Made by a program: the position numbers and the translations under genes | Shown here: positions 20,072 through 30,022 of the stretch, piece by piece | Layout of the letters: every line of letters begins with the position of its first letter | How positions within the stretch are numbered: position 1 is the first letter of the stretch | DNA from: a virus | Lineage: Duplodnaviria > Caudoviricetes | Length of the DNA stretch: 64,000 nucleotides | Virus record (IMG/VR): IMGVR_UViG_2627853700_000003 | Span: 1 to 64,000 of that record | Direction: 5' to 3' (one strand) | The notes under the pieces: model-generated | Told to the model about the DNA's origin: nothing | The model's input: the letters and a program-made list of their open reading frames with translations, nothing else | Database searches by the model: none

Positions 20072-20590
20072 TTATAGTAATTTTCGTTCAATCTCTCCCC
20101 AGTTCATAACACGAATAAATCTGTTATCATCCCTGTTATGCGGTGCATCAAAAAGTATCTTCATTCCATCAAATGTTTCTAAGTTATGTACTCCGTCATC
20201 AATCATGATATCTGCTTTAATTATGTTTTTATTGCCACAAAGCACAACATTGCTATGTGGAATAAATGGGAAATGCTCTGTGAGCCATTCTAACTTAGCT
20301 TTAAGGGATTCTGGATGGTTTGTTGCTGTAGTAACAATATATACTTCATATTTTTTCGTCAGCTCCTCAACTGCCCTCTGACTCCCTTCAATAACATCCA
20401 GATGTCTGAACAATTCATAATCCAAATGTCTATAAACATTGTTTTGGGTATTTGAATATTTGCTAATATCCCAGCACAGTATATCTTCCTCTTTTAGAAA
20501 AGGATCATCGTGGGCATTAATGTAGGCTACCCAATCACTTAATAAATCAGCTAAAACTTGATCCATATCAATTGCAATTACTTTCTTCAT
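20072..20590 (-). CDS. yorS: 5'(3')-deoxyribonucleotidase (HAD)
   Basis: IDMDQVLAD, MIDD, APHN. Confidence 0.9.
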   Translation of the reverse strand: MKKVIAIDMDQVLADLLSDWVAYINAHDDPFLKEEDILCWDISKYSNTQNNVYRHLDYELFRHLDVIEGSQRAVEELTKKYEVYIVTTATNHPESLKAKLEWLTEHFPFIPHSNVVLCGNKNIIKADIMIDDGVHNLETFDGMKILFDAPHNRDDNRFIRVMNWGEIERKLL

Positions 20591-20598
20591 AAATCCCC

Positions 20599-21096
20599 CT
20601 AATCCACTAAAAAGATTATGCCTTTAGCAATTTCTTCGCTAGACCACTGTTCTGTATCCCATGAATATGTATGTAATCCTGCATCGCTCATTACTTCTCT
20701 ATATAACTCTAAGACCGGTTCAATGTCTCGATCATTTATGTATTCGTCACCCCGTTCAAGTAAACGTTGCTTAATAACTTTTGGATCAGCATGTAAGTAG
20801 ATCACTTTGGCTTTATCTCTAATCTTCTTCTCGATTGTTCTTTGCTGCTCTTCCGTTAAAATTGAGTAATCCTTGAACTTCTTCGCATAAACCAGATTTG
20901 AATATATGTATCGATCAATAATTACATTGTCCTCATCGGCCAGCTTGTTGAAGTGTTCAAACAGCTTCTCATTTCCGCTCTTGGCCAATTCAAAGCTGGA
21001 TCCCTTTATTACCGGATATCCGAGTTCTTTGCCTAGCTTATCTGCTACTGTTGATTTGTAGCAGCAGTCAGTGCCTTCTAAAATAATCATCGTCAT
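20599..21096 (-). CDS. yorR: Deoxynucleoside monophosphate kinase-like protein
   Basis: ILEGTDCCYKST P-loop variant, IDRYIYS. Confidence 0.85.
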   Translation of the reverse strand: MTMIILEGTDCCYKSTVADKLGKELGYPVIKGSSFELAKSGNEKLFEHFNKLADEDNVIIDRYIYSNLVYAKKFKDYSILTEEQQRTIEKKIRDKAKVIYLHADPKVIKQRLLERGDEYINDRDIEPVLELYREVMSDAGLHTYSWDTEQWSSEEIAKGIIFLVD

Positions 21097-21251
21097 TTAT
21101 CTTCCACCCTTCTTACATTACTGAAGCCAAGCACTCTATATGAGCCGTCTGGATACTCAACTTCTAATTGTTCATATCCTTTATCAACTTGCGCAACAAC
21201 ACCAATCTCTCCTGTGAAACCCGCAATCACCTTCTCTCCCTTTTTAAACAT
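21093..21251 (-). CDS. yorQ: YorQ-like 52-aa protein
   Basis: Hand-translated MFKKGEKVIAGFTGEIGVV...; SD AAGGAGG. Confidence 0.6.
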   Translation of the reverse strand: MFKKGEKVIAGFTGEIGVVAQVDKGYEQLEVEYPDGSYRVLGFSNVRRVEDK

Positions 21252-21255
21252 ATAA

Positions 21256-21459
21256 TTAACCTCCTTTAGCTGGATTTAATTCATGCTCCTTGAAGAATGT
21301 AATATCACCTGTTTCATCACTGACTGCGTAATCATATGTGGCAGAGTGTAGCAGCTCAATAATTTTCCCTTCCCGTCCAACATGATGAGGACAAGCGTTC
21401 CTTGCATTCTCATTTATGATGACTTTTAACCCTTCTGGATAAGACCAAAACTTAGGCAA
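21256..21459 (-). CDS. yorP: YorP family protein
   Basis: MPKFWSYPEGLKV... Confidence 0.8.
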   Translation of the reverse strand: MPKFWSYPEGLKVIINENARNACPHHVGREGKIIELLHSATYDYAVSDETGDITFFKEHELNPAKGG

Positions 21460-21486
21460 TTAACCACCTCCTTTCGCTTCCAACTA

Positions 21487-21675
21487 TTAGTCTTTCAACT
21501 TGATTTTTGAAACATCTTCAAAGGAAATACCTGAGCTTAACAAGAACTTTTTAAATTCATCTAAAAGGAATCCTAGGGTACCATCTTGATGATCATCTAA
21601 AGCGCATGAAGTAATGACTCTTTCTAGTCTCGTTGTTTGGCTATATTCATCAGTGAACGCCATTTCGACTTTCAA
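21487..21675 (-). CDS. Hypothetical phage protein
   Basis: ORF track. Confidence 0.5.
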   Translation of the reverse strand: MKVEMAFTDEYSQTTRLERVITSCALDDHQDGTLGFLLDEFKKFLLSSGISFEDVSKIKLKD

Positions 21676-21714
21676 ATCCTCTTTAATACCTGATCATCCC
21701 CTTATAATTTATTT

Positions 21715-21888
21715 TTAATCGTTAGATCTTTGTGGGCTATCACCTCCTATAATGTCATCAAATTTTCGTTCATCATATGTACCATCGTAATACCAAAGTT
21801 CGACACTATTTGTTTCGTGATAAATGTCTACTACAATTCCTGATTCACCAGTTGATTTCACACATACTTCCTGATCTAGAGCAAACAT
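21715..21888 (-). CDS. 57-aa hypothetical protein (YorQ-like SH3-type pattern)
   Basis: Hand-translated MFALDQEVCVKSTGESGIVVDIY... Confidence 0.5.
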   Translation of the reverse strand: MFALDQEVCVKSTGESGIVVDIYHETNSVELWYYDGTYDERKFDDIIGGDSPQRSND

Positions 21889-22001
21889 GAGTATCCCACA
21901 CTCTCTTATGTAATATTTTTCTATGTATTTATTGCATCGTCCACACTTTCAAAATGTTTACAGCATTCTATCCATTGGTTACATTTACCACACCTTGGTC
22001 A

Positions 22002-22751
22002 TTAGTTTTTCAACACATTCACCTTAACTGCCTTTCTTCCGAATAGCCTTGCTTCATCTTCTGTATTCATAAGGATGTCAATTCTGTTGTTTTTTATAGC
22101 TCCACCAGTATCAATTGCATAGGCTTGAAAGCTGTTTCCTTTGTAGCTAACCTCAACTAATGAGTTTAATGGAATTATTTTAGGATCCACCGCAATTATT
22201 CTCTTCCCTTTGAAGTATGACGTGCTTGATACATCATAGCCTGTCCTAGTTTTCCCAATGCACCCAGATGAACAAAATGCAGTGTAAGCTGTCGCTACGA
22301 CACTTATTGAATGCAATGAATGTGAAGGCTTCCGTGTTTTTTCAGTAGCCTTTATTTCAGCTTTATCTTTACCTTCCTGATACTTATTTTTATCTTTTTT
22401 CGGTAATCGTTTATGCTGTACCTTCTTGAGCTTATTTTGAATTATTTTTGCATTGATGTACTTCTCTTGGCTTTCGATACGTTTATCAAGGCTACTTTTA
22501 ATTTTAGGAAGTGGTTTGCAGTTATTTTCCCTTTGATGCGTAAGGCTTTCAATTAATAATTCTTTTTGTTTTTTATTGTGTAACGGTTCTTCTTTCGCAT
22601 CAACTTCACTTTTTTCACTGTTGATATTCTTTACACTTACCACTACCCCAGCAAACAAGAGCATTACGGTTGCTGTTAACTTAATACTATTGATATTATA
22701 ATATACATATTTTTTATTTTTGTCTATGAGTTTTTTGAAAATTTTCATCAC
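22002..22751 (-). CDS. yorM: Membrane-anchored 3D-domain (lytic transglycosylase-like) protein
   Basis: ATAYT...IAVDP..IPL...AIDTGGAIKNNRIDI; N-terminal TM segment. Confidence 0.85.
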   Translation of the reverse strand: MMKIFKKLIDKNKKYVYYNINSIKLTATVMLLFAGVVVSVKNINSEKSEVDAKEEPLHNKKQKELLIESLTHQRENNCKPLPKIKSSLDKRIESQEKYINAKIIQNKLKKVQHKRLPKKDKNKYQEGKDKAEIKATEKTRKPSHSLHSISVVATAYTAFCSSGCIGKTRTGYDVSSTSYFKGKRIIAVDPKIIPLNSLVEVSYKGNSFQAYAIDTGGAIKNNRIDILMNTEDEARLFGRKAVKVNVLKN

Positions 22752-22755
22752 TTCC

Positions 22756-25047
22756 TTATGATACCTGTATTTCTATTTCCTTTTTATCAGCCCACGTGGT
22801 TTCTGTGATCTCTAAATCAACCACCACGGGCACTTGCATCCATTCCACATCTTCCATAATTCTCTTAATATGAGGGAAAATCCATTCCTCACCCTTGTGC
22901 ACTAAAAACTGCAATTCATCATGAATGTTGGCTAAGGGAAGAGTTTTACAATTGTTTTCTCTCAAAAATTCTCCAATTCTAATAACATATCCTTTTAACA
23001 TATCTGCGCATGAGCCTTGTACAAGATAGTTCCCTACTTTGTATGCTTTATCAGTATTTGAAAGGAAATAAACTCTCCCATACATATTTGTTGCATAGCT
23101 ATTCTTTTGTACTTTAGCTGCAACTTGTTTCTGATAATAAGATACCTCTGGAAAGGTATTTGACCAACCTGAGACAAGGGCATTAGCAATTTCCATTGAG
23201 ACTTCAAGTGCTTCCGATGCTTTTTTAGCACCGCCTCCATAGTTTCGCATGAAGTTAAACATCTTTCCTATGTATCTCCAGAACTTTTTAAAAGATTTTT
23301 CATCAACTGGAGATTCTTTTTCATGTTCGTATTGCTTATACTTGTCTACACATTTAAATGCCAATGCCATTAATGTATTATGGGATGTTTCGCTATGGAC
23401 ATCAGTGGGAGTCCAGCTCTCTCCGTTTTCAAGAAGCCAAACTGAAGTTCCGTCTTCTTTCTTTTCATACCACCTTGCTCTTTCTTCTTTCGTATCATAA
23501 CGAAACTCTTCACCAGTTATGTAATGAGTACATTTAAAAGGCATATATGCTCGGCATAGGTTTAAATCAGGCTTCTTCAACAGAACTGTATAGTTTGCCT
23601 GTGCTCTTAACTCTATTTGTGATAAATCAAAGTATGCAATTTTGTTGTAATTTCCTCCTTCAACTATAAATGCTCGCCTCGGAGAGAAAATTTCATATTC
23701 AATCGGTGCCTTACCTTCTCCATTTTCTTTCTCGTAGAGCTCTCCTTCCTCTGTTAGAATTCTTTCTTTAGGGAATTGCTGCGCATCTGATCCCAGCCTT
23801 CCAGACACAGTGTTAAACTGCCCATACTGAGTATAAAAATGATTATCATATTGCGCCACTTCAATAATCCTTGAGATATAAGTCGATTGCCACTTTTCAA
23901 GTCGTCTAAGTCTTGTAATTAATTGGGATACACGATCATCTTTGTGTTTTTTAAGAAAAGATTTATCAGTTGTTTCTGGTCTCTCTCCAAGCTTTTTCTC
24001 AAAGTAATCAGCAATTACTGTCCCTTGAGAAACGGTGAAATATTCTCCAACAATTCCCCATAGTTCTTCATACAGTTTTTGAATTTCGTCCTCACATTTT
24101 TTAAAGCAGCTGTGCAAATAAGGCATATCTACTTTCATACCAACACGTTCCATTTTTAATAATTCGATTATCAGTTTATTTTCTTGTTCAAGAATGGCTT
24201 TTTGTTTTCTTTTTAATACTGTAGAGTAAGTAAATTCAACTAACTCTAATGTATAGATACCATCACTATGGACATATTCCATCATTATATCTCGGTCTAC
24301 TTCAGAGTAATCTGCAAAAGGATTTTCTTCCATCCATTTAAAATACACATTTTCAATTTCTTCAGGCACCTTCAGCCACCGTTGCTTTTTCTCTTTTGTA
24401 AAGTAGTCCATTTCGTTTCGCTTTTTTACTTTGTACGCTTCTTTAATTTTTCCAAGTCCCCATCCTTTATAGGGCTTTAATAATTCTTTTAATATATTTC
24501 GCTTAGCATCATTTATTTTTCGTAGTTCTTTCTTTACCTCCTTCTCAAACTCGCCAGCCTTAGGATCAATATATTTTTCTGATACTTTTTTAAGCCCTAA
24601 AACATCTCCACCATCTCGTGCAGATACAGCATCAAAGGAAAACCTACAAAGGCCCATTGTATCTGTAATATTTTTCAACCCGTAAACAACTTTTTCAGAA
24701 ATACCGCCGTTTATTAACATGTGCAAATCGTATTTCACATTGTGACCAACAGTCATTACACACTTTTTTGTTAGGGCAATTACTTGTAAAAGAATTTCGG
24801 CTTTAGAGTCAAAAGCAAATACCCTTCCTTTAATTTCATCTGTTCTTTTTTCTTTTGGGAGCATCCAGCCAAAAACCCACATAAACGGTTTGTCTTTAAT
24901 GATATGTAAACCTGTAGTCTCTGAGTCAAGAACACAGAGTTTCGGCTCATCTTTATGAAATAGTGTATTTATCTCATCAAAGTCATTTACCCAATGTTTT
25001 TCGTATAGTTTTGTTATATCCGTTTCTAACTTTGGTTTTATAATCAC
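22756..25047 (-). CDS. Family A DNA polymerase with 3'-5' exonuclease domain
   Basis: DSETTGL, GHNVKYDL; motif A FDLSQIELR, motif B R...K..NF...YG, motif C IHDEL. Confidence 0.92.
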   Translation of the reverse strand: MIIKPKLETDITKLYEKHWVNDFDEINTLFHKDEPKLCVLDSETTGLHIIKDKPFMWVFGWMLPKEKRTDEIKGRVFAFDSKAEILLQVIALTKKCVMTVGHNVKYDLHMLINGGISEKVVYGLKNITDTMGLCRFSFDAVSARDGGDVLGLKKVSEKYIDPKAGEFEKEVKKELRKINDAKRNILKELLKPYKGWGLGKIKEAYKVKKRNEMDYFTKEKKQRWLKVPEEIENVYFKWMEENPFADYSEVDRDIMMEYVHSDGIYTLELVEFTYSTVLKRKQKAILEQENKLIIELLKMERVGMKVDMPYLHSCFKKCEDEIQKLYEELWGIVGEYFTVSQGTVIADYFEKKLGERPETTDKSFLKKHKDDRVSQLITRLRRLEKWQSTYISRIIEVAQYDNHFYTQYGQFNTVSGRLGSDAQQFPKERILTEEGELYEKENGEGKAPIEYEIFSPRRAFIVEGGNYNKIAYFDLSQIELRAQANYTVLLKKPDLNLCRAYMPFKCTHYITGEEFRYDTKEERARWYEKKEDGTSVWLLENGESWTPTDVHSETSHNTLMALAFKCVDKYKQYEHEKESPVDEKSFKKFWRYIGKMFNFMRNYGGGAKKASEALEVSMEIANALVSGWSNTFPEVSYYQKQVAAKVQKNSYATNMYGRVYFLSNTDKAYKVGNYLVQGSCADMLKGYVIRIGEFLRENNCKTLPLANIHDELQFLVHKGEEWIFPHIKRIMEDVEWMQVPVVVDLEITETTWADKKEIEIQVS

Positions 25048-25064
25048 GGCATCACCTCATCCCG

Positions 25065-26759
25065 TTAAAATAAGAAGCTATCTGTTACTTCAATATCCAC
25101 TATCTCTACTGCAGGAGCTGATTTATTTTCATATTTATTAACCTTGCATTTACCAACAACGTCTAAATAAAATGTTTCGTCTCCATTATCAAACAATTCA
25201 TCAAAATCGCCTTTATAGTACGGTTTAGTCAATTTGTATTCTCCAACATTAATAACAAACGTTGATGTTCTGTTTTTGTATACTCTTACATCAGTATTGT
25301 TTATTTGTATACCTTCAATTGCTATTAGGGGTTCTTCAACTGTTGATCCCCAGTCGTCCCTATATTTATGTATAGATTTAATTAAAGTAGCATCCATGTC
25401 TGCAGCGGGGATAATGAAGTCTACTTCATGAACATCTTCTAATAAAACATCTGCTTCAATAATGCTGTTTAATTGAGTACTCAAGTTTTCAAAGTATTCA
25501 GCTTCTATTTCAAAACCAAATGCATTTGCATGCCCTTCGCAAAAGTTAAAAAGGCCTGTTTCAGTAAGTAATTGTTTAAAGTCTTTAATTCCACTTTTTT
25601 CATATCCTCTTGCAGACCCTCCAAATTTCCCTTCCTTTGTTTTCCTGCCTAACATTACGGGTCTCTTAAACTTCTTAGCTAATTGGGTAGCTACAAGCCC
25701 TGTAAATGAGGATTTTAATTCATCGGAAACATCTAAAACTATTACTTTATCATTCGTTTTATTTTCTTTGATAAGCTGCTCAATTAATACATTAACTGGT
25801 TTTTCAAGTGATTTTTTCTGCCTATTCTTCGTATTTGAAATTCTTCTGGCGACTGACTTTACTATAGGCTCGTATATTTTCTTCCTTGGATAATAAACAG
25901 ATTCTTGACTGCCTAGTAATGCCTTCATCATATCTGTCTTTTCCTCCATTGTTGCGTAGCGTATAGCTGCATTTATGAATGGAACAATAGAGAATGCCGT
26001 AAAATGTATATTTATATTTCCATCTAAGAAAAATGATTGTCTGCCCACGATTTCTTTTATCAGTGGGTTTTTAATTTGCTTTAAGCCTTTCTTTACATAA
26101 TAACGTGTTTCTGGTTCCCGTAAGTCAATTACATCGCCAATATTCCCAATTGCAACTAAATCTAAGAAGCTGTCAGCCAAGTCTAAACCAAGTTTGTCAT
26201 CTAAAGCTTTACAAAATTTATAAACAATACCCACACCCGAAAGTCTTTTGTTCTGATACTCATTTGAGAGCTGGTTATTTATAATGATTGCAGCATTTGA
26301 TTCTTTTTCACATTCATGGTGATCAAGTACTAACGTATCTATTCCCCGCTCTTTTAACTCTTGGTGTAACGCATATTGGTTACTTCCTGCATCAGGAATA
26401 ATTAACAAATGCGTATCTTCTGGTATTGTTTCCAATGAGGCCCCATGATCTTTTTTATCATGAAGCCTCCATTTTACTTTAGTACCAGGAAAGGCTTGAT
26501 TTAGGTAATTAATTAGGATTGCGCTTGATAGATACCCATCACAATCAGAATCAACTTGGATAAATATATTGTTCTTTAATTCAATATGTTTCAATAAACA
26601 ATTAATGCCCTTATCCATATTATTTAATAGGGAATAATGATTTATAACTGATGAATTTAAATTAAAGAACGTATCAGCATTAATATCTCTATTCTTTATT
26701 ATTGTATAAATAGGATTTTTATAATCATTCTCCCCTATAAGTTTATAAATCAACAGCAT
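25065..26759 (-). CDS. yorK: RecJ-like DHH ssDNA exonuclease
   Basis: DSDCDG, LDHH, GSARG, GHANAFG. Confidence 0.9.
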   Translation of the reverse strand: MLLIYKLIGENDYKNPIYTIIKNRDINADTFFNLNSSVINHYSLLNNMDKGINCLLKHIELKNNIFIQVDSDCDGYLSSAILINYLNQAFPGTKVKWRLHDKKDHGASLETIPEDTHLLIIPDAGSNQYALHQELKERGIDTLVLDHHECEKESNAAIIINNQLSNEYQNKRLSGVGIVYKFCKALDDKLGLDLADSFLDLVAIGNIGDVIDLREPETRYYVKKGLKQIKNPLIKEIVGRQSFFLDGNINIHFTAFSIVPFINAAIRYATMEEKTDMMKALLGSQESVYYPRKKIYEPIVKSVARRISNTKNRQKKSLEKPVNVLIEQLIKENKTNDKVIVLDVSDELKSSFTGLVATQLAKKFKRPVMLGRKTKEGKFGGSARGYEKSGIKDFKQLLTETGLFNFCEGHANAFGFEIEAEYFENLSTQLNSIIEADVLLEDVHEVDFIIPAADMDATLIKSIHKYRDDWGSTVEEPLIAIEGIQINNTDVRVYKNRTSTFVINVGEYKLTKPYYKGDFDELFDNGDETFYLDVVGKCKVNKYENKSAPAVEIVDIEVTDSFLF

Positions 26760-26764
26760 TCATC

Positions 26765-27829
26765 CTATCTATTTATTTTAAATTTGGTTTCGTATAAGGA
26801 AGTCCAAACATCGTATCCTTTATCTGTAGGCGAATCTTTATCAGATAAAAGGTTGTCCTTGTCATAAATTCCGTAACGTAATCTGCCTGTAAGCCTGGAT
26901 ACCTCATTAACAATGAATTTGGCATCTTTGTCTTTGTCATATGCAAATACAAATTTAATCCCAATTCCTAAATTTTTAAGTATCCTTATTTGCTCATCAG
27001 ACATACTGTCTCCTTCAATCGAAATACAGTTTTTAAACCCCCATTGAGTTAAATACCAGGTGGTTTTGCCACCTTCGACCACTATTGCTTCTTTCAGTCT
27101 CTTAATGTGAGGGAGAGCTCTATGTAAATTATAAAATTCAATTGACTTATTACAGGGCTGTATATAGAGATACTTATATTTATCATTAACCACTGGGTCA
27201 TTTCCAATATATCGCCCTTTAACACCAATTAATTGACCACTCTTATTATGTACCGGAAAAGTTACGCGATCAGATCTTACATCAATTCCTACACCAAAAA
27301 GCTTTTGTGTCCTAAGTGACAATCCTTCATTATACCATCCTAAATACGGAATATTTCCGTACTGATCCAAAACACTTTCGGGCAATATTTCGTTCTCATC
27401 GGTTATTCCATCTTCCTTATTACGATTTTTCTGAAGCTTGTGCAGCCATCTATTCGGTTGTGGTTTTTCTTTTTCTTTTGTTAATTTATAAAATCCATCT
27501 ATGTACTCTAAATAATTTAGTTTATTGCATAACCAAAATTTGCTCTTTGAAAGGCATGCTTTTTTATCATCTTCAGATTTAGCTTCATAAAGTATGTAGG
27601 ATATGACATCAAATATTGATCCTGATATTCCCTTGCTTCTGATATTTGAAGTTAAAGAAGGTGTGTTTTTGACTTGAACACTTCGTTCATTATCACCGTC
27701 AGGAAGTCCGGCAACAAACAACTTACCTCCTTGTTCAGTGCTGATGCCCCAACATCCAAGAGCTTCTAAAACATCTTGTATTTTTTCTTCCTTATAAATT
27801 CTTTCCCTAATGGTTTGTAGATCGGACAT
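26765..27829 (-). CDS. yorJ: DNA primase (TOPRIM)
   Basis: RVTFPVHN..G..IG..GR, VVEG, YDKDKD. Confidence 0.85.
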   Translation of the reverse strand: MSDLQTIRERIYKEEKIQDVLEALGCWGISTEQGGKLFVAGLPDGDNERSVQVKNTPSLTSNIRSKGISGSIFDVISYILYEAKSEDDKKACLSKSKFWLCNKLNYLEYIDGFYKLTKEKEKPQPNRWLHKLQKNRNKEDGITDENEILPESVLDQYGNIPYLGWYNEGLSLRTQKLFGVGIDVRSDRVTFPVHNKSGQLIGVKGRYIGNDPVVNDKYKYLYIQPCNKSIEFYNLHRALPHIKRLKEAIVVEGGKTTWYLTQWGFKNCISIEGDSMSDEQIRILKNLGIGIKFVFAYDKDKDAKFIVNEVSRLTGRLRYGIYDKDNLLSDKDSPTDKGYDVWTSLYETKFKINR

Positions 27830-27843
27830 TAATCGCCACCTTC

Positions 27844-29355
27844 TTAGAATGATCCTCCTATTCTTGGAACCTTCACATATGCAACTTCTTCGAACGAGTT
27901 AATACTGTAATTCACTTCATATATAATCTGCTCTTCTTCACTTCCGAAACGGTTCTTTGCTAGAAAAAGAACTAAGTATGTTTTCTTAGGATCTAACTTA
28001 TACTCTTCTTCATACCAGTTTCCTAATCCATCTTTTTTATAGTTGTACGGTTTTAACTCGTATTTGCTTTTAGAACCAGTGTATTCATCTGCAAAAAGCA
28101 ATCTGCCCATCATTACAACGGCAGCTACCTCGTTGATTTCCATACTCTTACCTGTTGAGTCCAGATCCAAAAACCTTGTTTCCTTACCTAACTTCAGCTG
28201 CACAGTAGCTAACGTTCCAACATTTTGATTATCTTCTTTTATTAAATCGTGCAATTCTTGTGCTGAATTTGAAAAGGCTTCCCACCGAGCCATATCTTTT
28301 TGTGATCTATCAGGTTTAAAAGTATCGATTATAAGCTTGTTGTATCCTTTGGGTCTATATAACTCTACACGACTGAGGATGTCCTCTACTCGATACTTCT
28401 TTAACTCCAGTGTTTTAATTAATCCTTGTCCTCGCTCCCATGCCCAGTCTTTTGCTGCATTTAATTTATTTAACATCTCTTGTTTAAAATTACCTTCGTA
28501 TAATTTTTCTCTGTTAATCGGTTTCTTTAAAACCTTAGATGAAATTGTCGCAAGTAGTAGCGAACGCCATTTCTTTACACTTTCTTCGTTTATAGCTAAA
28601 ATAGCCTTCTCCTGGTTTTCAAAAAGACTTAAAATGAACTTTTCCATTGCAATTGAACTTTTCCCAACACCGGAGGATAGGACTAAATAATAAAGAGAAC
28701 CGTCTTTCCAACCTTTAATTTTTCTATTTAATCGAGGTGAATCATGCAATGGTGATCCCATAGACTCCCCTGAATCTAAATCCTCAATTGTTTCATCTAG
28801 CCCATCCACAAGGTCATGTTCAATTACATCACCAGAATTAATGTGAGCAAAGGTTTCTTTATGTTTATACTGCATATACAGTTGTAGTTGTTTTAAAGTC
28901 ATTGCAGTCAGTTTATGGATTAACTCGCAGTTCGTAATATCAATTAGTGAGGCCTGCTGCAGTTTTCTTAAACTCTCATACTTTTGAATTTCATTAAAAT
29001 GATATTCCTCATTATGGCTGTCTTTTTTGCATTCGTTCATTAACTCTTCTATTGATTCAAAACCACCAAAGTCATTATAAGCGTCGATATAACTTTTTTT
29101 ATTTTTTTCTTTGGGTCTAGATACTAGAAATGAATATACTGTTTTATCATCAAAGTCTCTAATGCCATTTTCGAACATCTGAGACCCTACTGTGTAATAG
29201 AAGTACCAAATGGACTCTGTGAACGTCTCACTTGAGACTTTATGGGTTCTGTATCTTTGATAAAGCATTGGATTCGACCATAAATAACCTACAAACAGAG
29301 CTTCATGAATATGTGAGGGTTCAACAAATTCTTCTATATATTTTTGTTTTGTCAT
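27844..29355 (-). CDS. yorI: DnaB-like replicative helicase
   Basis: SGVGKS Walker A, IIDTF, LAKNRFG. Confidence 0.85.
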   Translation of the reverse strand: MTKQKYIEEFVEPSHIHEALFVGYLWSNPMLYQRYRTHKVSSETFTESIWYFYYTVGSQMFENGIRDFDDKTVYSFLVSRPKEKNKKSYIDAYNDFGGFESIEELMNECKKDSHNEEYHFNEIQKYESLRKLQQASLIDITNCELIHKLTAMTLKQLQLYMQYKHKETFAHINSGDVIEHDLVDGLDETIEDLDSGESMGSPLHDSPRLNRKIKGWKDGSLYYLVLSSGVGKSSIAMEKFILSLFENQEKAILAINEESVKKWRSLLLATISSKVLKKPINREKLYEGNFKQEMLNKLNAAKDWAWERGQGLIKTLELKKYRVEDILSRVELYRPKGYNKLIIDTFKPDRSQKDMARWEAFSNSAQELHDLIKEDNQNVGTLATVQLKLGKETRFLDLDSTGKSMEINEVAAVVMMGRLLFADEYTGSKSKYELKPYNYKKDGLGNWYEEEYKLDPKKTYLVLFLAKNRFGSEEEQIIYEVNYSINSFEEVAYVKVPRIGGSF

Positions 29356-29365
29356 TGCTTACTCC

Positions 29366-29977
29366 CTATAATAAACTTGAAATATCTAATTCATCCTTCT
29401 TGTTTTTATTCCTTTTAACCTCAAGACTAATTTCATCCTGAAGCTGAATTTGTTTTTTTATAACGCTTGTACGAATTGAGTCTTGTTGTGCTAAGCGTCT
29501 GTTCCTTTCTTTTACTTCATTTATGTTACTAACTACAATACTCAAGAAATACGCAAATTCGTGCCAAGGTGATTCGAACTGTTTGTAATCCCTTGCTTTA
29601 TGTAATTGCTGTTCTGAATACTTATAGGTGTCTAAAATGTCTCTAAACGGAACTCCTTTTTTATATCTTTTAACTTTTTGACTTTGATATTTAACCGTTC
29701 CATTTCTAAGATCCTGTAACCTTTCAATCATTCTCTTACTTAATCCTTCTAGTCTATGTAGATCTTTAAGGTATAGGTAGAGTTCATCAAATTCATTTGC
29801 TTCTTTTTCTTTAAACGCTTTATCCTTCTCATATTGAACATAACACTTATCGTGAAAATATTTCCTTATGTACTTTTCAGTGCCGTTTTTATTGTATTTC
29901 CCAGTTGGTTTTGCTTCACAGAGCATTTCTTTTTTTACCCCTTTAGATCCGCACCACTGGCATTTAACTTCCCTCAT
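29366..29977 (-). CDS. yorH: YorH-like zinc-binding replication protein
   Basis: CQWC...H..C; synteny. Confidence 0.65.
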   Translation of the reverse strand: MREVKCQWCGSKGVKKEMLCEAKPTGKYNKNGTEKYIRKYFHDKCYVQYEKDKAFKEKEANEFDELYLYLKDLHRLEGLSKRMIERLQDLRNGTVKYQSQKVKRYKKGVPFRDILDTYKYSEQQLHKARDYKQFESPWHEFAYFLSIVVSNINEVKERNRRLAQQDSIRTSVIKKQIQLQDEISLEVKRNKNKKDELDISSLL

Positions 29978-29999
29978 ATCCGCTCTCCTTTTATAAACT

Positions 30000-30020
30000 A
30001 AGGGGAGAAAAACTCCCCTT
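30000..30020 (-). terminator. Strong hairpin between yorG and yorH (terminator or stability element)
   Basis: AAGGGGAG-AAAAA-CTCCCCTT. Confidence 0.5.
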
Positions 30021-30022
30021 TA

